A stretch of 64,000 nucleotides of DNA, from assembly GCA_963719515.1 (NCBI GenBank), contig CAVRCJ010000010.1, positions 64,001 to 128,000 on the forward strand. The letters run 5' to 3'. Below the pieces are notes generated by a model. That model saw only the letters and a program-made list of their open reading frames with translations, had not been told where the DNA came from and did not search any database. The translations under genes were made by a program, and so were the position numbers. The number at the start of each line of letters is the position of its first letter. Position 1 is the stretch's first letter. Source of the stretch: an uncultured cyanobacterium. Its GTDB lineage: Bacteria; Cyanobacteriota; Cyanobacteriia; CAKZMO01. Positions 58,025-64,000 of this stretch are shown piece after piece.

Positions 58025-61000
58025 ATGGATATGGACATCCTTTACGTTGATCTGCTGCCTGCTGATGACGGCTATGTGACGCTGCGCTATGGAAAAGACC
58101 CTGATGATTGGGCCTCGGCGGACCGGCGACTGGCCCTTAGCGATATTCAAGCGCTGATTGACCACGACAAGCTTTTTTACTTCACCCGTCGCCCCGACTT
58201 TTGTAGTGTAGGTCAGCAGCTTTACGCCTGGCTGGATGGGGAGCAGCGCTGGCTGACGACAGAGATTGAGCGCTGCAGCGCTTCGGAGCTGGTGTTGATG
58301 ATTGCGGCGCGGGGGAAGCTGGCCCACCTGCCTTGGGAAGTGCTGCATGACGGAGACGAGTTTTTGACCCAGGCCATGACCCCTGTGGTGCCGGTGCGCT
58401 GGGTGGAGGGAGCGGCAAAGCCCCAGCCTCCCCAGGCGCGATCGCTCAGCGTGCTGTTCATGGCAACTTCGGTGGTGGGGGAGCAAGCCCTAGATTTTGA
58501 GCAGGAAGAGGCCAAAATTCTTGAAATCACCAACGATTTTCCGCTGAGCCTGCGGGTTGAAGAGAGCGGCTGCGTCACCGAGCTAGAGAAGCTATGGAAG
58601 CGCCACGACGAGGGTAGCTTTGATGTGTTTCACCTGACGGGGCACGCCGGGATTACCAAAGCGGAGCCGCCAACGCCATTCTTTATTACGGAAACTGAAA
58701 CGGGCGATCGCCGCGACGCCACCGCCAAAGATTTGTTTCGCGTTTTCAGGCGCAGACGCCCGCGGCTGGTGTTTCTTTCAGGCTGTCGCACCGGGCAGGC
58801 AGCCCAGGATGGCACAGTCAGCTCCATTGCCCAAGAGCTGGTGTCCTACGGTCTCCCGGCGGTGATGGGCTGGGGGCAGTCCGTGCGCGATCGCGACGCT
58901 ACCCTAGCGGCCCAAAAGCTGTATGAGTTTCTAGCGGCGGGCTATTCCCTGCCGGGGGCCTTTAGCGAAACCATCCAGCACCTGCAGGAAGAAGACGCCC
59001 GCGATTGGCACCTGCTGCGGCTGTACGCCCGCACCGATATGCTGGGGCCGCTGGTGCAAGCCGGTTCAACAGGGGTCTACCTGCCGCCCCTCGAAACGAC
59101 CCAAAGCTACTTTTTAGACGACGAGCAGCAGGTGCGCGTGGCTGGCCCGGACAAGTTTGTGGGGCGGCGACGGCTGCTGCAGCGCTGCCTAGGGCACCTG
59201 CGGGAGCGGGGCAAAGTTGGGGTGTTGCTGCATGGTCTGGGGGGCAACGGCAAGAGCACGGTGGCGGCGCGGCTGCTGGACCGGCTGCCGGGCTACACCC
59301 CCGCCGTGGTCTACCGGCGGTTAGACGAAGCCTCTCTGCTGCGATCGCTAGCGCGACAGGCCACAGACAAAGCGGGCCAGCCCATTCTAGATGCCGACGC
59401 CCCGCTAGAGCAGCGGCTCACCGACTTTTTGCGCTACCACCTGCAGCGGGGGCAGCGGTTTTGCCTGGTGCTGGATGACTTTGAGGCCAACCTGGAGCTG
59501 CTGCCCAACGGCCAGCCCGCCTTCAAGGCAAAGGCCGCCGCCAGCGCTAGCGCCGCCCTTTCCCCCCCAGAGGTGCTGACGGCTCTGATGCGATCGCTCC
59601 GGGCCACGGCAGAGCACCGCCTAATCATCACTAGCCGCTATGAGTTTACGCTGCCGGAGCTGGATTCCTACGTGGCGCGGGCATCGGTGCCGGCGCTGAG
59701 CGGCGCAGACTGGACTAAAAAGTGCGATCGCCTGGACGCCTTTAAGCCCCAGTCTGAGGTGGATCAAGACCTGCAGCAGCAGGCCAAAGACATCGCCAAC
59801 GGCAACCCCCGGCTGCTGGAATGGCTGGACGACGTGTTGCTGGCCCCTGACCTGGATAAGGCCGCGATTCTAGAAGCGATGGCGGCAAAGGAGGATGACT
59901 ACCGGGAAAGCATCTTAGCTGAAGCGCTGCTGGAGCAGCAGGTGCCAGCGGTAAGCCAGCTGCTGGCGCGGGGGCTAATCTATCAGCTTCCGGTGCCGGA
60001 GGCGGCGCTGGCGGCGGTGTGTGATGGGATGGAGAACTTCGCCCAGCATCGCGATCGCGCTGGGGCGCTGGGGCTGCTGGAGCTGAGCCAGATTCAGGGG
60101 GAGCCGCATTACCGGGTGTCGCGGCTGCTCGAAGAGCTGCTGCCCCAGGATGAGGCCACCGAAGCGCGGTGTGCTGCTGCTGCGGAAACGCTGTATGAGG
60201 TGTGGTGGACAGCGGCAAAGTCAGCTTCTGAGGAGCGATTACTGGAGATTCACCGGCTGGCGGTGGCCGGAAAACAGCCGGAAATTGTAGCTGCATTGGG
60301 GAGGGTTCTCACCGACCAGTGGAATACCCACAGCCGCTTTCGCGATATTGTTCGACTCTGTGAAACCAGTAAAACAATTGCGTCAGATGCCCGAGTGATC
60401 TATCCGCTAGCTCAAGCAGAGTTTGCTTTGGGTAATGTTGAGACTGCTCAGAGTCACTATCAAGGAGTTTTGGGACTTCCTAAAGCCGAGGGAGATGAAG
60501 AATATAGAGCCGCCACCCAGCATGAGATAGCGCGCATTTACGCTCAGCAGGGACAGGTACAACAGGCATTGGACTTCTACCACAAATCTCTTGAAGCTAA
60601 TGAAGCGATCGGGAATGTGAAAGGCGAAGCTGCCACCCGGCATGAGATAGCGGGCATCTGTGCTGAGCAGGGATATACGAAACGGGCCCTAGACCTCTAC
60701 AAAAGGTCTCTTAAGGACTTTGAAGTAAGTGGGGATGTGAAAGGCAGAGCTGACGCGATGGCAAATATGGCTACTATCTACGCCCAGCAAGGAGAGATGC
60801 AACAGGCCCTAGACCTCTACCAGCAGTCCTTTGAAAGCAATGAAGCAATTGGGAATGTACAAGGCAAAGCCGCCACGCTGCATCAGATGGCAGGCATCTA
60901 TGCCCAACAGGGAGAGGTGAAACAGGCCCTGGATCTCTACCAGCAGTCCTTTGAAAGCAATGAAGCAATTGGGAATGTACAAGGCAAAGCCGCCACGCTG

Positions 61001-61534
61001 AACAATATGGCTACTCTTACACTTGAGACAGGTGAGCGCGATCGCGCCTTGGAGTTACTAAAACAAACGGTGGAGGCAGTCTTCCAATCTGGAGACTATT
61101 TCAATGCAGTCGTAGTCCTCTCCAATGTCGCCGCCGCCTCTGAAGATGGCAAAATTGCCTACTTCGCCCAGGCCCTCTGGCTTGCCCTGCGAATAGAAAC
61201 GCCCTTGGACAGCCTGATGCGCCGCCTCTCCAATCTCTTCAACGCCCTCCCCAAAGGCGACCCCCTCGAACCCCTCCTCGCCGCCACCGCCCTCTACCAC
61301 TGTGCCCAACAGTCCAACCACCCCAATATCGAAGCCCTGCAAAAGCAGGCCCTCGGCATGCTCGGCTACGTCGCCAGCGCTCAAGGCATCGAAACCCAAG
61401 AAGCCCTACAACCCTGGATGGCCCAAAGCGGCCTCAACGACCCCAGCCAGTTTCTCCCCCGCCTCACCCAGGAACTAGAGGCCCGCATCGGTGGCACCTG
61501 GCTCTTCAACCCAGAGGAGCTGCGACGCCCATAG
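58025..61534 (+). CDS. CHAT (caspase/HetF-type) protease - STAND (NB-ARC-like) NTPase - TPR protein
   Basis: LPWEVL, FHLTGHAG (His), FLSGCRTG (Cys), FVGRR, Walker A GLGGNGKST, Walker B LVLDDFE, ITSR, GNPRLL, 40-aa TPR units. Confidence 0.9.
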   Translation: MDMDILYVDLLPADDGYVTLRYGKDPDDWASADRRLALSDIQALIDHDKLFYFTRRPDFCSVGQQLYAWLDGEQRWLTTEIERCSASELVLMIAARGKLAHLPWEVLHDGDEFLTQAMTPVVPVRWVEGAAKPQPPQARSLSVLFMATSVVGEQALDFEQEEAKILEITNDFPLSLRVEESGCVTELEKLWKRHDEGSFDVFHLTGHAGITKAEPPTPFFITETETGDRRDATAKDLFRVFRRRRPRLVFLSGCRTGQAAQDGTVSSIAQELVSYGLPAVMGWGQSVRDRDATLAAQKLYEFLAAGYSLPGAFSETIQHLQEEDARDWHLLRLYARTDMLGPLVQAGSTGVYLPPLETTQSYFLDDEQQVRVAGPDKFVGRRRLLQRCLGHLRERGKVGVLLHGLGGNGKSTVAARLLDRLPGYTPAVVYRRLDEASLLRSLARQATDKAGQPILDADAPLEQRLTDFLRYHLQRGQRFCLVLDDFEANLELLPNGQPAFKAKAAASASAALSPPEVLTALMRSLRATAEHRLIITSRYEFTLPELDSYVARASVPALSGADWTKKCDRLDAFKPQSEVDQDLQQQAKDIANGNPRLLEWLDDVLLAPDLDKAAILEAMAAKEDDYRESILAEALLEQQVPAVSQLLARGLIYQLPVPEAALAAVCDGMENFAQHRDRAGALGLLELSQIQGEPHYRVSRLLEELLPQDEATEARCAAAAETLYEVWWTAAKSASEERLLEIHRLAVAGKQPEIVAALGRVLTDQWNTHSRFRDIVRLCETSKTIASDARVIYPLAQAEFALGNVETAQSHYQGVLGLPKAEGDEEYRAATQHEIARIYAQQGQVQQALDFYHKSLEANEAIGNVKGEAATRHEIAGICAEQGYTKRALDLYKRSLKDFEVSGDVKGRADAMANMATIYAQQGEMQQALDLYQQSFESNEAIGNVQGKAATLHQMAGIYAQQGEVKQALDLYQQSFESNEAIGNVQGKAATLNNMATLTLETGERDRALELLKQTVEAVFQSGDYFNAVVVLSNVAAASEDGKIAYFAQALWLALRIETPLDSLMRRLSNLFNALPKGDPLEPLLAATALYHCAQQSNHPNIEALQKQALGMLGYVASAQGIETQEALQPWMAQSGLNDPSQFLPRLTQELEARIGGTWLFNPEELRRP
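60521..61000 (+). repeat. Four 120-nt TPR-coding tandem units
   Basis: Units start at 60521, 60641, 60761 and 60881; 60815-60880 is identical to 60935-61000 (66 nt). Confidence 0.9.
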
Positions 61535-61564
61535 ATTATGTCCCGAGTGGCATCCTAGCCGACG

Positions 61565-62521
61565 CTAAATTCCCCACTGCTCCCGATGCCACCGCAACCC
61601 CTCCAAACTCGGCCAACTTCTCTCTTCCCTCGGCAACCCAATCGCCTCTCCCCGAAACGCCCCCATCTCCCGACTCCCCACCGCAGCCTCCTCCGTAAAC
61701 CGCTCCCCCGGCACCAAAATCCGATACCCATCATCTACCCCAAACCACCCCCGATCAAACGCCCAGTGATGGTTCTTACACAGCGCCATCCCGTTCACAA
61801 ACCGATCATCCCGAAACTCCGAAAACGGCTTGATATGCGCCCCATCCACAATATCCTGCCCCTCCACCCCAATAATCCTCAATCGGCAGAACGCGCAGCG
61901 CTGCTCATATAGCGACACCACAATTTTGCGGAACGCCCCATTGCGCACCACAACATTCTCCTCATCCTTCAAATCTTCGACGCTATAGGTCGCGCCCCCC
62001 TCTCGCAGCAGCCCCGCCTTCACCTGCTCAAATTCATCAATCAGCGAAAGCTGCTCTACATCCCGCGATCGCCCATCAAACCAGCTATCCACCAGCACCC
62101 GCAGCAATATCAATCGCTGCCCTGGGTCCTGCAAAATTGCAAACAGCTCCGGGTCCAGCCACGCATACTGCACCATATTTTGAACCGCCCTAACGCCGCG
62201 ACGCCCCAACGTCGTCGCCGTCGTCGCCTCACTATCCGGGTAAAACGACAGGTGCCAAAACTTATCCCCCGTCAAATGCACAAACGGCAGGGAAATATCC
62301 GAGCGGTGATTGCTGCTCACCAAGCTGCGCCAATACTTCAAAAACGTCGAAATTAGCTCCGGTGACAGCGGCACCCGGTTCGCCCGAATCTTGCCCTGCT
62401 CCATCATCTCAATCACCGACATCAGCAGCACAGGCTTGTGCGGCGCAGGCCCGCGCTCCTTGTGCCGGTTCACACTGAGCTTCGCAAACTTCTTGACGTA
62501 GTGTGGCAGGTCTTTCGTCAT
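61565..62521 (-). CDS. HNH endonuclease with an N-terminal sulfur-binding-domain-like region (phosphorothioate-dependent restriction type)
   Basis: APHKPVLL and LPFVHL...FWHL in the N-terminus; RNGAFR, CAFC, GAHIKP, NGMALCKNHHWAFDRG. Confidence 0.8.
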   Translation of the reverse strand: MTKDLPHYVKKFAKLSVNRHKERGPAPHKPVLLMSVIEMMEQGKIRANRVPLSPELISTFLKYWRSLVSSNHRSDISLPFVHLTGDKFWHLSFYPDSEATTATTLGRRGVRAVQNMVQYAWLDPELFAILQDPGQRLILLRVLVDSWFDGRSRDVEQLSLIDEFEQVKAGLLREGGATYSVEDLKDEENVVVRNGAFRKIVVSLYEQRCAFCRLRIIGVEGQDIVDGAHIKPFSEFRDDRFVNGMALCKNHHWAFDRGWFGVDDGYRILVPGERFTEEAAVGSREMGAFRGEAIGLPREERSWPSLEGLRWHREQWGI

Positions 62522-62742
62522 CCTGGAGCAGTTCTCAGGCCCAATTTGGCAGCGTCCTTCCCCCAAGTATGGAAAGCCCAAACGCGATCGCCCCCTACCG
62601 TAAAGAAACGTTACAGCTCGGCTTGACCACACCTTGCTGCGCTGACAGCATCCACTACGCGCAGCTTTGATGAATATTCAGGGATTGAACTATCCAGAAT
62701 CAGAGCTACGATTGCTAGCATCACCCCTCCAATGCTTTTGCT

Positions 62743-63090
62743 ATGGTCGCCTTGCCGTCACTAGAAACCAACATTCATTTAGCGAATAATCTGAAACAGG
62801 TTTCCGTCAATCCCGAGCAGCTAGACAAACTCTGCCGAGAACACCCGATTCGTAAGCTTTCGCTCTTTGGCTCCATCCTACGGGCCGACTTCACGGGCAG
62901 CAGCGATGTCGATTTTCTAGTTGAGTTCAACCCAGAGGCTAAGATTGGCTACTTCAAGCTAGTTCAAATGGAGCAAGAACTCACTGAACTTGTTGGCCGT
63001 AAGGCTGATCTCCGTACACCCGGCGAATTGAGCCACTACTTCCGCCAAAACGTCCTCAACGAGGCGATCGCTCTGTATGTCAAAGATTGA
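62743..63090 (+). CDS. MNT (minimal nucleotidyltransferase) antitoxin
   Basis: SLFGS-x10-DVD motif, L.ELVGRKADL. Confidence 0.9.
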   Translation: MVALPSLETNIHLANNLKQVSVNPEQLDKLCREHPIRKLSLFGSILRADFTGSSDVDFLVEFNPEAKIGYFKLVQMEQELTELVGRKADLRTPGELSHYFRQNVLNEAIALYVKD

Positions 63091-63417
63091 CGACCAAACC
63101 CGGCTTCGCCATATGCTGGATGCGGCTCAAAAAGTAAGCCAGTACATTCAACCCGAGACTCGGCATCCCTTGAAAAGGACGAAAAACTTGCCTTAGCGCT
63201 CGTCCGCCTGCTTGAGATCATCGGCGAGGCAGCGGCAAATGTGAGTCAAAAGAAGAAGGCTGCGCTTCCTCAAATTCCCTGGAAGCTGCTAACTGGAATG
63301 CGAAATCGAATCGTTCACGCATACTTTGATGTTGACTATGACATTGTCTGGGATACCGCGACTGACGATATTCCCGTGCTTGTCTCCCAATTGAAAAGCG
63401 CCCTTGCCAAAAGCTAA
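63077..63417 (+). pseudogene. HEPN (DUF86) toxin with a 1-nt deletion near 63162 (or a sequencing error)
   Basis: MSKIDDQTRLRHMLDAA...; restoring one G gives ASLEKDEKLALALVRLLEIIGEAA...IPW...GMRNRIVHAYFDVDYDIVW (Rx4H motif); not in the ORF track. Confidence 0.85.
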
Positions 63418-63643
63418 TCATCTACTTCGACCACCAAGCCGCAACTTTTGCTCTGAGAGTTGTCAAAAAATCCTCTACGCCACGACTATAGGCTTCGGTA
63501 ACGCTTGCAGCTTCGGCACGACCGCCTACGATCTTTCGGTGAACTACACAGCCAGCCGCCCCCACCGCCGAATCTCTCAGCGGCAGAGGCAAAACTGTAC
63601 GGGCAAGTGGCTGCCCCGATGAGAACTGACAGACGCCGCTACC

Positions 63644-64000
63644 TTACCGCACCGCCTCATACTTCTGCGTCAGCTTATCCAACTGCTGCACCAGCAGACT
63701 CAAGAACAGGCCCACATCCGTCACCACCCCCACCGACTCCACCGAGCCGCGATCGCTCAGCTTCGTCACCACCGCCGGGTTAATGTCCACGCACACCATC
63801 TTGACGCCTGAAGGGGTCATATTGCCCGTGCCGATGGAGTGCAGCATGGTGGAGAGCATCAAAATCATGTCCGCCCCCTCGATTAAGCGGGCGTAGTCTG
63901 CCTGAGCTTTGAGCAGGTCCATCTCGGTGTCGGGCAGCGGCCCGTCGTCGCGAATGGAGCCCGCCAGAGAAAACTCCGCCCCGTTGCGGACGCATTCGTA
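63644..64000 (-). CDS. argZ: 3' end of the arginine dihydrolase/ornithine cyclodeaminase bifunctional protein (ArgZ/AgrE type); partial
   Basis: LAGSIRDDGPLPD, MLHSIGTGNM, CVDINPAVVTKLSDRGS..VGVVTDVGLFL. Confidence 0.85.
   Translation of the reverse strand, partial: YECVRNGAEFSLAGSIRDDGPLPDTEMDLLKAQADYARLIEGADMILMLSTMLHSIGTGNMTPSGVKMVCVDINPAVVTKLSDRGSVESVGVVTDVGLFLSLLVQQLDKLTQKYEAVR

Larger units (their letters stand above)
1008..63070. repeat. HIP1 octamer GCGATCGC dispersed at high frequency
   Basis: Examples at 1008-1015, 2766-2773 and 10921-10928, with many more throughout; typical of cyanobacterial chromosomes. Confidence 0.95.

Noticed and set aside
60521..61000. Diversity-generating retroelement TR/VR pair
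   Set aside because: The repeats are in-frame TPR units, differences are not adenine-specific, and no reverse transcriptase is in the window

Overview
Chromosomal window from a cyanobacterium: the HIP1 octamer GCGATCGC is frequent, and ocp, pcyA, petM, a CRR6-family gene, furC and argZ are present. Most of it is housekeeping or conserved cyanobacterial genes (ocp, hflX, azlCD, wecA-like, crcB, furC, ycf55-like, pcyA, pdxA, amiF, dnaB with two inteins, rplI). The strongest leads are five. (1) An ~8.4-kb accessory, defence-like island between rplI and argZ holds a small basic helical protein gene with a phased 21-nt repeat array, a gene with a hairpin-rich leader, a RAYT transposase with a REP pair, an EACC1-like small protein coupled to a CHAT protease-STAND NTPase-TPR protein, an SBD-HNH nuclease and an MNT-HEPN pair. 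(2) An ~385-nt protein-free IS200/IS605-derived element keeps both end hairpins, its own extended -10 promoter and an omegaRNA-like structured RNA. (3) A ParM/ParR-like actin pair sits among chromosomal genes. (4) There is a caspase-nSTAND-TM-WD40 protein. (5) The conserved N-terminus of hflX can only be made from a non-canonical start codon. Three single-base frameshifts (methyltransferase, phytase-like esterase, HEPN toxin) may be assembly errors. All family calls come from recognising motifs by eye; no database search was run.
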